Shown here: positions 51,027 to 63,400 of the stretch, in pieces
Layout: each line of letters opens with the position of its first letter
Position numbering within the stretch: position 1 is the first letter of the stretch
Translations under genes and position numbers: made by a program
The notes under the pieces: model-generated
The model's input: the letters and a program-made list of their open reading frames with translations, nothing else
What the model was told of the DNA's origin: nothing
Databases searched by the model: none
Assembly: GCA_965644295.1 (NCBI GenBank)
Contig: CBFFRP010000432.1
Coordinates: 392,214-456,213 of the forward strand
Direction: 5' to 3'
From: Paraphysomonas bandaiensis
Taxonomy: Eukaryota; Protista; Chrysophyceae
Length of the DNA: 64,000 bases

Positions 51027-51825
51027 ATAAAAGCTCCTATAAGGACACTACTCATACAGCGAACATTTTATACATTGTGCTAAGTATATATGGATATATA
51101 GATATATTGCATGTATCCAGGCTAAGATTGTGTCCAGCATGAGCTATTACACAAAAAACGAACGATATGATTTCAATGCAAACATTGACAAGTGCTTCCT
51201 CTGTAGATTGGATCCTGTGAATAGCCTCCTCCTGTAAGCTTATGTTAAGGCCCCCTGTTACAAAGTGTATATGTCGAAAGATATAAATGATATGATGGCT
51301 CAGATGATGAGTATGAGAAAATCTGTGTTAGTTAGACAGTACGTTTAGTTAACATTTGATTTGGGATGATTTAAATGACTAATACTAAAATTGGAATATA
51401 CGCATGTATTTAGTTGCTAAATATTGAATGTTGACAATCTAATGTGTGGTGAGTGGTGAGGAAGGTAGCAGAGAGTAGATGATACGAGCCTTCTTACTTG
51501 GTGTTCTATTATCTATCACAGCCATTCGTACGAAATACACAACAATTTAGCCAATTCCTGGGCTGTTCATAGTAAATGAAATAGGTACCACAAGTAAAGA
51601 ATATCATAATATGCGTGTAATAACCGTAATACAGTATGCAATTGCATTTGTACCAACAGTACATTAACAGTAATCTTACCACGCTAAACCACAGAAGTAT
51701 TTCCTTATACTAGAAACGACAGAGACTTTGTAATCGAATCCTACAATGTACTAGTGTACTGGAAAGTTCTAGCACCAATATGTTTCTACGCCTTAACAAC
51801 AACAGCGCTCCAAATACACGGCTGA

Positions 51826-53200
51826 TTATACGAATGGCTGCGTCAATGATATATTGCGAACTGGATTCTGCGTAGGTGAATTATCACTTTTTGCACCCTC
51901 ACGAGAATTTCGTCGAATCTCTTTCTTCCGTTGTTCTTCTTCAGCAAACAGCCTCAGATCCTATTACCAACAAATAAATGCGCTCATGTAAAAAGAAACA
52001 AGAATTAGCTACGTACCTCTTCGTCTAGAGCTCCACTCCCATCTTTATCTAACTCATCGAATCTCTGAACAAAGCAAGAGCAGTCATTAGGGTTTGCTAC
52101 ATCAGTGTGTGGGCATTACCTTCATCCACGGGTCGATATCTTTCTCTTTGCTGAGGCCATTGATTTGCACAAGCATTGCGGTCAAAAATTCAACTCGATC
52201 CACTCCCCCACCATCGACATCCTAAAGTGTAGCATGCGGTACAATAAATGACGAGACATAAATAATGGAACTGCCCCCTACCATAGCGATAATGGACTCC
52301 AGATCAAGCTCCTTATTGAGAGCCTCACGCTTCTTACGCTCCATCTCCATTTCAACTTGGACTGCACCAAAATTACCAATAGCTCCAGCCACCACAATCA
52401 CCGACACAATTATGTAGAATATGGAGAATACTCTGCATGATAATAAACGTTTAAGATAGTCGGTGGAGAGCAAACATAATACGGCATGAATTTTACCTTG
52501 ACGATTCGTACTCCAATGACATATCGCCTTGCAGTTAAGACCCATCAATACTAAGTATCGTCACACATTTACATTACTTACCATATCCCACCGTCACTGT
52601 GGTGATAAAACTCCAGTAGAGGGCCTCGACAAAACTCCAGTGTTCGTTGTACTTAAAAAACAGAGTGCCTACAAGTACGCAAAACACTATAGCTCCGATC
52701 GAGAGGGCAATTTTAGCTCCGTGGGGTGCTTTATCGTCATTCGGGTCGTCGTCAAGTTTTTCTAAAGCTTTGGCTTCGGCAGCTTTAATAATGCTCTGCG
52801 CAAAATCGTTGATGATGGAGAAAATGAACACCAGGCCCACAAGAACAAAGAATATTGTAAATAATCTACCAGCTAAACCTTCGGTTACACTTAATAAGTA
52901 GTAAATATTAAACATTACCGTCGTTATCAGGGGAGTAATCACCATAACCGACTGTTCATATGTTATAACTAATAGATGAAAGATCTAACATAACACACCT
53001 GTAGTAATTGACACAGTGATGTAATAGATACAATCGATCACATTCCATCCCATATTATCATGATAGAAGAGTACTCCAACCAAATAAAATGCAAAGACAG
53101 ATAGAGTATTAATGATAATGGATCTGTGCTCTTCTATTATTGTGCGAATAAAATGACGTCTCTTGTGAGCATTTTTGTTAAATTCTTGTAATATTTGCAT
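51826..53200 (-). CDS. Two-pore (TPK/K2P-type) potassium channel with C-terminal EF hands
   Basis: Two pore loops (VSITT|VGYGD and ITTVTVGYGD), four TM helices, and EF loops DVDGGGVDRVEF and DKDGSGALDEED. Confidence 0.88.
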
Positions 53201-53767
53201 GTTACAAACACCTGGTTAATTAGTCGCAGGTTAGTTTGGGTTTTAAAAGGAGTGTTTAATATGAATGCACCTCATGTGGAATGATACGACCACTTTTAGC
53301 TATGGAACCAGATACGTAAGTACATACAAATACATGTCCATCTCCACACACTACCCCTCAAGACCACAAAATTACACTGTATTTATAAGTATAGCTGCCG
53401 TATAACGCCCATTCATACATCTAGATGATTCCATATTGGAATTCCTGCACACGACATGTCCACAAAATGGGAAGTTTGGGTAGTACACTCTGTACTACAC
53501 CCTACTACAGATACAGTGCGGGAGTACATATACTTGCCAGCAATACCGTATACCAGTATACCACTGTATACCAAATGAGAAGTGAGTCAAATCTTGTTTG
53601 AGTTGCTTCTTTTTCTATACGATACACTCTGCTGCGTACATATCGAATCATATGATGTGTACAGGAGAGTGTACTGTATATCGAGTAAGGCACACTATCA
53701 CATATCATGAACATCAATATACACTATATTGCTTACCACATGCTCAATTAACTCTTGAAACTCAATC

Positions 53768-54868
53768 ATGTCCTCTGACTTTGAATCACAGCTAAGAGAA
53801 TATCGCCTGCAAAAAACCAAATACTATCAGATTATTCCTCCCACAGTGACTGATACAACACCCTCCGTCTCATCTAGTCCCTATACTGCCCCTCGGACAG
53901 ACAATGCTGGTCATATAGATACTGAGAGATGTTGTTCTTTTGGAATAGGTCGTGTAGGGAATACTGCGTGTATTTGTTTGGAGTAATGTTACCTGATATA
54001 TAGGGGAAGGACCGGCCAAGAATTCTGTCTACCTATGCCGCCTGCCTCTCTTCGGCGGCACTCCCCTTCACATTCACTATTTCTGGCCTGTTATTATACT
54101 TGTCATGACAATGTCTGGCTTAGTTATCTCCACTTTACATGGTCTTTACGCTTTCATAATATGCTGCCCGGTTCTATTTGGAAGGTAGAGTTCATGTGAT
54201 TTTCCATATTCTGTTTCATTTCTGGGCCCAGTGTGCTATTGCACGAGATAGGACATGCTTCAATGGCAGTCTACTACGGGGGCAGAGTGAAACTTATTCT
54301 TCTTTGGCCACTGGGAGGCGTTGCATATCTCTCCATGTTCGGGGCTCAGAATCCGTTTGCAGATGCACTTGTTGCTTTGGCGGGTCCAGCAACCCATATT
54401 CCACAGGTTCTTTTCTGGTTATTGTTAATGGCTATTAGCAACGGCGGGAAGATTCACATGGCCTATGCACTGACATGGAATACTCTGTGGCTCCAAGTGT
54501 GTGCAGGAGCAATCAGTACACAGTTGGCGATCTTTCTTTTCAACTTGCTACCGGCATTCCCATTAGATGGTGGGCGAATTCTTGCTGCCTGTCTGGCAAT
54601 GAGAAATTTTGAAGAAAATTCGGTGTTTAAGATTTGTTCTGCTCTGGGAGGGGTAAGTGTTTCTTTAACTATCATAATATTTTGAATGTGTATTGCTCAG
54701 GGCATAGGATGCGTTATTTTACTGCAGTCTATATCGACGATTTTGAGTGGATCGCAGAGCATGTATTTTGGTTGGAGTTCCTTGTTAATTGCAGTTTTCC
54801 TCCTTACCCATAGTCGGCAGCTCTGGATAGAGGCTAGCGAAGGGAAGGCCCTGGCGTACGTCAACTAA
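53768..54868 (+). CDS. Site-2 protease (M50) intramembrane metalloprotease
   Basis: LLHEIGH, LWPLGG, VALAGP and FNLLPAFPLDGG motifs; multi-exon. Confidence 0.88.
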
Positions 54869-55976
54869 CACATTGCCCCTTTTCCTTGATTAAATATATA
54901 TGTTAATAGCATATCTTATTGTGATTAGTGATGCTATTAAAGGTTTTTGTGTATATACATTACGTTAATTTGAATCTAACGTAGTTTCTTATTATGCATT
55001 GTTAACTTTCCAGAAAGATGTAAGTCTATACTTCAGTAGATGTATGAAAAATGAATTCCTTTAGCCGGATAGAAAATGACAGAAAAATCGCACTCAGTAG
55101 AATACCGCGTGATGTAAGATGTAAGGCTATGATACGATAGACACTAGTATTACTACCGTGACATCAAGTGCAATCACTTTCAGTAACATATACAAACACT
55201 TTCAACGCCATACCACACGTACTAGACTGTACAAATCCTACACTTTATTGTCATCATTACAAATCGTATACTACTTACCTAGTACTCCACTTAGAAACAT
55301 GCACTAACACGTTGTTTTACTTTAGTTATTTCCAATAGCAATACACAGTATGAATGGGGATGAATTAGAGATACAGCTTCCAACGCAGACTTCAGGCGTA
55401 ATGGCAGAAGTAGCATTAACGTCGAGGACGCCACAAGTTGAGCGCTTTTGAATAGCGCCAATTCTTTAGTATGCTTGCATGATATCTATTCGTGGACATC
55501 AATGTCCACGCACGATGTTCTCATATATTTTATGCATGTATGTATGTATGTAGTATGCTGTTTGTATGTAGGAACTCCTACTGCTGTAATATATACAGTA
55601 TATGAACCTTGAAAACCTCTATTTTCTGTAAAAATTCTCGATATCCGGGTATTACAGTTTACAGCAGGCTTCCTCTGCCCTTTGCCCTCTGCCCATATGT
55701 GTATACTGTATACGGAACTAATGTGCATATGTATGAAAGCATGCGTATCGTATGTATGCAGAGATTCATTAGAATCTCACTCAGCCTCCGCCAAATACCA
55801 GACCAGTTGATAGGACAGAGATCAAGTAGCTTGATCCATATGCAATAGCTCTCCATACACTCATGAGATTCCTTTACATTCACAGTATCAGTGTATTGTA
55901 GTTAACTAAACTATACGACCTTTATGCATCTGTGAGTCATACACACACACATACATATATATACATATATACAAAT

Positions 55977-57605
55977 ATGCGACGCTCATGCAGTATCGAA
56001 CCATATGACTATGACACCAAAAACATATCCGGTCAGTTCCAAGTAATCAGAGGAGGGTCTGGTGCGTGCTACTTATATATATACATGTATATATAATTAA
56101 TCTCATGATCAGACGATTACAGTTACTATATTGACGAAAGTAGCTGTCACAATAGTGATGAGCAGTCGATATTAACACTATCTCCTGAGGTAGAAGCGAT
56201 ACCAAAAAGACTATTAAGTCGTAATCTGTCTATTCACGATTATTGCTGTGTGGAGACTGATGTGATTCGAAGCGTAGCATCTGTGATATATGAATATGTA
56301 TCACGCTCGCGTGATGACGATACCGCGACAGACCCCGAGTTCGCCATGTTTGATATATATGATATCAATTTAAAGGTAGATATCTTGTTTATATGCTCTG
56401 ATACTTGTGATTATATTGCGTAGGAGTCGGCTTCCCTGTTGGATAACATTTGTTCCGCCCTGACCCGAATCAATGGGTGGGGCCAGTTGCCTTATGACTG
56501 CCTCATCATTGCACTGATATACCTTCAACGCTTGTCACGTTTAACTAATAATCGGTTTCGTTTGTCTCTTCGAAATTGGCGCAGTTCAATGCTTGTATGT
56601 ATGGTCCTCGCTTCAAAGATTTGGGATGATACCTCCATGACTAATGGGGAGTTCGCGTTGCTTTACAAAGACGTTGACTTAATCCTTCTTAATGCATTGG
56701 AGCTAAAAGTGCTACAAATTTTTGACTTTAACGTCCAGGTTTCATTAAAAGAGTACGACGAGTGTCATGGAAGGCTGAAGGATATGATATTTGAATACAA
56801 CATGACCCATGCGGTAAATAAGTTAAACACCTTGACACAGCGCATGGATCCGTGTGTGGAGGAGCAGGACGATACGTCGTCTGCTGGTGCGGGAAAGTTT
56901 GAAGATTTCGAAGCTAATTTGGCAGAGGAGCAACTTGATGGTTACAACGATGGAGTGTACGATAACGTAGGTGGAGCATGTGACAACGATCACACACATG
57001 ATAGCGTAGTCGGTACATATGATGACGGGATTAGTGAGTATGAAGATATAGATGTGGAACAGCCTTGTCGACTTGGGTCTATATTTTCCAATGCATCGAC
57101 GGATGGCTATGATCTGAGTGGTAACTTCTCAGAGGGTAAGTGGGGAGATGCGGGTTGCACACCTAGGTGGAATGAGATTCTTTTGAACACGGCTGGAGTG
57201 AAGCGGAGCGTATCATCTCAGACTCTGGATCTTAGCGTCGATACTGCGCCTAGAAGTCTGGACAGCACAATTAATAGTGCCTTCAATAGCCCGCGCATAA
57301 ACCGTGCCCCAAGTGCTTACAATGACCTTGAGATACCCTCTCCACAGGATCGAGGTTGCTCTGCTCCACCCCCATCAGAACTGGAGGGCTGTCGCTTTAA
57401 GGGGTCGTTTATGGCCCTGAGACTAATTCGAGGTCCACCGAAAGCTAGAACTGTCCACGTTGTTTCCAACAAGTCAACAAAATGCACCCCTCTTCCGGAG
57501 GAGACATCTACTGGCCCTCGAGGTACACGTAAATCTAGACTTACGTTGAAAGTGCAGATGCTTGCAACCTCCTTTGTGCACAAAATATATGGCAAGTGGT
57601 CTTAA
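55977..57605 (+). CDS. Cyclin (cyclin Y/PHO80-like) with acidic, disordered C-terminal tail
   Basis: CLIIALIYLQRL...NWR...VLASKIWDD.SM.N..F...LNALELKVLQIFDFNV cyclin box. Upstream exons start at ATG 55977. Confidence 0.85.
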
Positions 57606-58855
57606 TCCCTCGCCTTTTCTGCACTCTCTATTTTGTATTTTTAGTGTGCTTGTGTGAGCACATAGGTTTTAATGTTCGTTGTTAGTCGTTTTTCAAACCG
57701 TGTACTTCTCCAGTACTCCTGAAGTTTGTGTCAATTAGTGGTACTGGTATAACTGTGCATTTAGTTGTTGTATTGTTACGTTACTCTGGCTGTGAAGTGA
57801 AAACGAAGATATGCACATGTGTTGAAATTTATGTTACCTGGTATATATTGGTGCATAAGTAAGTGCCCTCTTCGAGTCAAAATTGTATGTCATCAACGCC
57901 AGTAAATAAGAAAATTATACGTATTCGACTATGCATTAAATGGCTGTTGCTGGTAAAATCTGATGGTAATAATTAGAAGGTAATGAGGTGAAAACCATGA
58001 TTACCCAGAAAAAAGATGTTGCTCAAATCTGAAAGGAAATAGTTACAAAGCTAGTACATTTTTTGTAGGCAGACGAGATATTCTTAAACTTCTATACATA
58101 TATTGCATTGAAAATTCCATTTGAAGATGACGCCCCCGATATGATCATAGTAATATCGATGTTGTAGTGGCTCTTATCGTAGAGACGAATGAATTAGTCA
58201 TTGAGATTCAGGGTGCCTGAAAGCAGTATACAGTATACTATTGAACTACAACCAACTCTTACGTGCGTACTTGAAGTTTGGTAAAGCCAATCGCTAGTAG
58301 TTATCCTGTATTCTATGTAGCAATGAAATACAGAATATACATGACTACACTATAGGAGTAGCTATTACAAGTATACAACGAAACTGAAAATATAGTAGCT
58401 GTTAAAGATGTGATTTGTAGAACAGAATGTTGATGTTGGTGAATGACGTGGTTCCTAACTCACAGTGCTACAACATCATAAATATACTATATCTCCATAA
58501 TATCAATCAGTCAATATTGCACTAACTAAAACCTTAAATTAATATATACAGAATATACTATTATCCGGTGTATGATGACAATACGGTGTAGGATATGTAC
58601 AGTCCAGTATGCACAATACCTTAGTGTAGTGTTCAGAGCGTAGTCTGTGATACATGACAGATTATATATAATAATTCTCTGCCCTACGATGGCAAATACA
58701 GTCCAACATAAAGTTTCACTCTATTAACCAGCTCCAAGCCCAATGTCTCTATTGAGACTGTGGCTGAGTCACATCAGTGTGCCCAGGGCCTTTTACACTC
58801 CCTTACTGCTGCATTTTGTTGACCACCACGCTTCTGACAAATTACCTGTCACACC

Positions 58856-60499
58856 ATGTTGTACACGCTCCAAGCCCCCTGCCTGGCCTTGCAACCTTCA
58901 CCCTACTCAACTACTTCAGTTAAACCACGTGCCTGCACCAATGCAGCGCTGACCGCACCTACGTGCTATCCCCTCAGCAGACAACTTCGTCTCACCCATC
59001 GCTTTCTACGGCTACAACCTCTCAGAACATGGCTCGTGCGAGCAGGCTCACGAAAACGACCCCCATGGACCCCCTATGCAATCACTGAATACTCTCGATC
59101 CCTCTCAACTGTGCAACAGGGCTGCCTTCTGCCGCCCACTCAACCCAACCCAACATGGTTTGTCTGTGGTCCATCCACCCAGCAGGCTACCCCCTCACCC
59201 TGTTCACCTATCACCCCCACAGCCCATCCATCTCATTGGATAGACACTGTATTCCGCATACGGTATACTCGACTACTGTACTACTGTGTCCTACAGGATG
59301 TATATCATTCCGTGTATACCTCTACTGCTGTTGGACACATCACCATATACATGTACCTGTCTACCTGTACTGTTGGACACATCACCATGTCCATGTACCT
59401 GTCTACCTGTACTGTTGGACACATCACCAGCTCTCTCTCACTGTCCAACACACTCATAACACCACTGCAGTGTCATACACACACACAGTACACTCTACCT
59501 CCTCCTAGAAAACCCCCAGACAAACTATCGCCTCTCCCTTACTGGGCGTACTGGTCCACCCACTATTCCTCCTTCCTTCCACAAACTCAATTCCTTCCAT
59601 CTTATGATGTGTTGTGCTCCAACGATCACTTCTTCCTGGACACCAAATACCCGGTGGAGTTGGATCTACACGCGCTACTCGAGAGAATTCCTGACCTCGT
59701 CATCATGCGTCTCCAAAATGTGTTGCAATGTCATTCCAAGGGAATGCAAGGAGTCCACCGTGCCAGGTCCATCAACCATCCCTCCCACGCCCTTCAGGGG
59801 AAGGAATTCTCCTCCGATAACAGCGGTGACGGACCTAGCAAATCCACCCACACATTACCCTTACCCACTAAGGATGCCACCACACCGTATGCAACGTTAT
59901 TTGACTATTTCCCAGTCAAACGGAAGCCACCTACCACCAACCTTACTCAACTGAACACCATGGGAACTCCAGCATTAGCCCCAGACGGCCCATCCTCACT
60001 CTCCACTACCACTCCTGACCTCAGGCCGGATGTACTGCCCAAGGATATTGCCACATACCCCCTACACTACACAGAGGGCCGGGGTCACACGCCCTTTTAC
60101 TCCGATCTGCTGAACAACTGGGTTAGATATGATGAAACCCAAACTATTGCTGCCTCCCCACAGGGAAACCTTTTAAAAGAAATATACGCACACATGCTAT
60201 CCCCTGCCTGTTTAGACATATGGGAAGGATTCATAGCCAAGGCTTCCAGGACGGACAACTATGATCTCATGATATCATTCACGCTACCAGAGCACAAATT
60301 GGACACCACGCACAGCGCCCTACTAGTTGCCCAGCATCTCGCGAATGGCAACAAACCCTGGGCAGACTCCACTCATGTTGTATCTAGGCATGTGCGGACC
60401 CTTTGCCTGACAAAGGGTATTCCCTCAACAGCCACTGTCACTCTCCGTAGACACTTATGCAATATGAATCCTCGAATCCACACACAGGACTACATCTAG
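58856..60499 (+). CDS. Upstream ORF of the retroelement (Pro/Thr-rich, unknown function)
   Basis: 547-codon open frame with uncertain start. Contains 42-bp tandem repeats and overlaps the next ORF by 43 nt. Confidence 0.5.
   Translation: MLYTLQAPCLALQPSPYSTTSVKPRACTNAALTAPTCYPLSRQLRLTHRFLRLQPLRTWLVRAGSRKRPPWTPYAITEYSRSLSTVQQGCLLPPTQPNPTWFVCGPSTQQATPSPCSPITPTAHPSHWIDTVFRIRYTRLLYYCVLQDVYHSVYTSTAVGHITIYMYLSTCTVGHITMSMYLSTCTVGHITSSLSLSNTLITPLQCHTHTQYTLPPPRKPPDKLSPLPYWAYWSTHYSSFLPQTQFLPSYDVLCSNDHFFLDTKYPVELDLHALLERIPDLVIMRLQNVLQCHSKGMQGVHRARSINHPSHALQGKEFSSDNSGDGPSKSTHTLPLPTKDATTPYATLFDYFPVKRKPPTTNLTQLNTMGTPALAPDGPSSLSTTTPDLRPDVLPKDIATYPLHYTEGRGHTPFYSDLLNNWVRYDETQTIAASPQGNLLKEIYAHMLSPACLDIWEGFIAKASRTDNYDLMISFTLPEHKLDTTHSALLVAQHLANGNKPWADSTHVVSRHVRTLCLTKGIPSTATVTLRRHLCNMNPRIHTQDYI
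59317..59428 (+). repeat. 42-bp tandem repeat, about 2.7 copies
   Basis: TACCTGTCTACCTGTACTGTTGGACACATCACCATGTCCATG unit (YLSTCTVGHITMSM). Confidence 0.85.
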
Positions 60500-63400
60500 A
60501 CACGGAGGATTTCCAACTGCTACTCGATCTTCTCTCCATACCATACAGACTATGGGACGCTGTTCAACCGCACCTGGCGCCTGGTTGGGCACAGCTATCA
60601 CCATTCTCCAGACAGGCACTAACAGTGCACGCTTCTACCAACACTGTGGTAACCCATGACATCATACGCAGCCAGCATGGGTTTCACATACTAAATGCAA
60701 CAAATATCCCCACCTCCATCATGCACGCTCTAACACGAACTCAGGAGCGGCTATCCTGTTTTCTACAACACCAGACCTCCAGACAGAGCACCAACATCAT
60801 CTGGACTTCTGAACCGTCAACTGTACCATCTATGCTACATGAGCAAAGAGAGCAACAGGAACAGAGGGAAGTAATTGCAGTCTCCTTGTCACCGAGAGCT
60901 CGACGTCAACTACGGCAGATGAACCCCACGGACCGTCGACAACTCAGGCTCCATATGTGCGACATGAGCAGAGTCTATCGCCTCACCCTCAGACCCTCAG
61001 CCCTTCGCACACAACAACATATCCCAAGTGATGGATACTGCGCATACAGCACACTCTATCATCTGCACATTCTTGCTTCAAGCAGGCGACACACTCGCTC
61101 CTGTCTGAAATTAGACCTCAAACAACGCAAGGACCGTCACACGCTAGCATCTTTTATAAATACATTAGGCACCCAAGCGTTCGACACAATGCAACGGGAG
61201 TGCATGGCCCATCACACACTTCAGCCACTACGACATAAGTTGGATCACGCACAGGCCGCACTTTTAATACCTGCCAAAACAACATACACTACGGAGGACG
61301 ACATAACTCACTGGCTCTCAGTGCGAGAGGTCCACCTTTTAGCCTCTACTATCAACCCCTGCACGACGTGGGCGCAAAATGGTAATTATCTCAGCATTGT
61401 AGGCATCCCTACTGACAAAGCAGCTTATAACATCGCATGGAAGGTGGAGGAACTTAGGAACGCTATTCGTGATAACTACTACCATGTCATACTACAAGAT
61501 GCTCACTACTTCCTCTTAGACCCTGCCGGTCTTTCTACTGCCCTAGACAACGCCCTACTATCTCTTGAAAACACCTTGGCCACCAGTATACTCTCAACGT
61601 CTGACCCCATCGCTCCACCTACACTTCCCGCGGACTCAATCACGAACAACAATAGGACATCAAAGACGACCAGCACCGGAACAACCTCGTCCAGCAGCAC
61701 CAAGTTAGCACGAACAAATCGACAGATTCTGCAGGCTTCAACCCCTGGAGCACTACCATCGCACAAGAAGATGCAGTTGAAACACGCCCAAACTGCGTTG
61801 ACAAGTCGATGCCAGCCAACCCGGAAAGCCAAAAAGGTCGTAAATTACGATGAAAGTGACCAACCAACGAACCTTCACAACTCACACCAATCCACGACCA
61901 CACGAACGATCAGACCAACTCCAGCACTTGATACCACCAGCTGGGACAAGGACTGGTCAAGAAAGTTCTACATTGCGTACGCCGATAACACTGCCAAAGG
62001 ACTATCCCTTTATGCGAAGAACACATTCCCAGCAGACGTCATCATTGCTGAGTACAAAGGCAAACGCTATCCACTAACAAAGCTGAGTCAGTCTGCAAGG
62101 CGTTCTGATTACATAGTTCAAGACAGTACTGGTACCTTCGCAATAGATGGCTTTGACCAAGTCCGACAATGTGTAACATGCGAAGCTGGGTATATTAATG
62201 ACCCCCTAGCCACAAACATGGCTAATGTCAAGTTTGTCACGAAAAATAAACGCCTCTATGTCCGTACAATACGTCCCATTGCTAAGGATGAAGAACTTCT
62301 CATCAACTACGGGCATCATTACTGGTGTGATCAACGCTGGCCACTTGAGATATTAATCCAAGCCAGGGCTGCGTACGACAGCGACATAGGCGGTGCCAAT
62401 AAAGCAGTATGGGACAGACTCCTTGCAGACAAGAGTGGAACTCCTACAGAGACCTCCAGCAGCATCCCCAAGGCTCCCTCGGGAGCAGCCATGGGACTCC
62501 GACTCTCCACATGGAACACAAATGGCAATCCGGCATCTCACACAGGCAAAGTCCAAGCTATCATCCGACACTTTAAGCGGCAAAAATTGGACGTGCTCCT
62601 ATTACAGGATGTCCGTCTAACAGAAACTCAGGCCAACTTCTTCACACGTATCATAGAAGATGCAATCCAGGGATCAAGAATATGCCTCTTCCTCAGCAAG
62701 CAGCCAAAACTGACTTCAAGAGACCCACTAATGGGGGGTACAGTAGTCATAATCAGCGAATACTGGAAGCGCCGTCTCGCCTTCACAAAGGCTGACTTTA
62801 CGGGACTTGGTTTAGTGAGCCGACTAGAGTTCAAAACGTCGGTGGCGCACACCCTAGTACTAATAAGCGTCTATCTACCCCCGAAGCCATCCACGCCAGG
62901 CTCTTGCACATTATGGAGCAAATTGACCAAGCTAGGGAGAGCGTCCCGTGGTATCTGTACTGCTGACCCCTACAAGCTCCTCTGCAACATCCTTACGAAA
63001 TGGGTCACTAAAGCCAGAGCCAAGGACCATACTGTCATTGTCGCCGGCGACTTCAATGGCTCCATGGAGACAAATCCGAAAGGCAGAGACATACGACCAC
63101 TTGCCGACAAACTCCAACTGGCTGCACCACTCCATGAGCTTCTCCTACCCAGGAAAACATATCATACCTTCCACAGATTAGACAAAGGAATATCGCGGAT
63201 CGATCATATTCTACACACGCCGTTACTTCCGAACATGTCTGTTACGGACACTGGCTGCCTTGACTCCCCCTCACTACTCGCAGCAGCCTTCGATCATCGA
63301 CCGGTCTGGGTCGGTTTCACTGTACCAGTCAATCTTGACCCTCGACCACCTGAGTCGCACCTCCGAATCCCCCCCCGTCTCAATGTAAACCCGAAGGACT

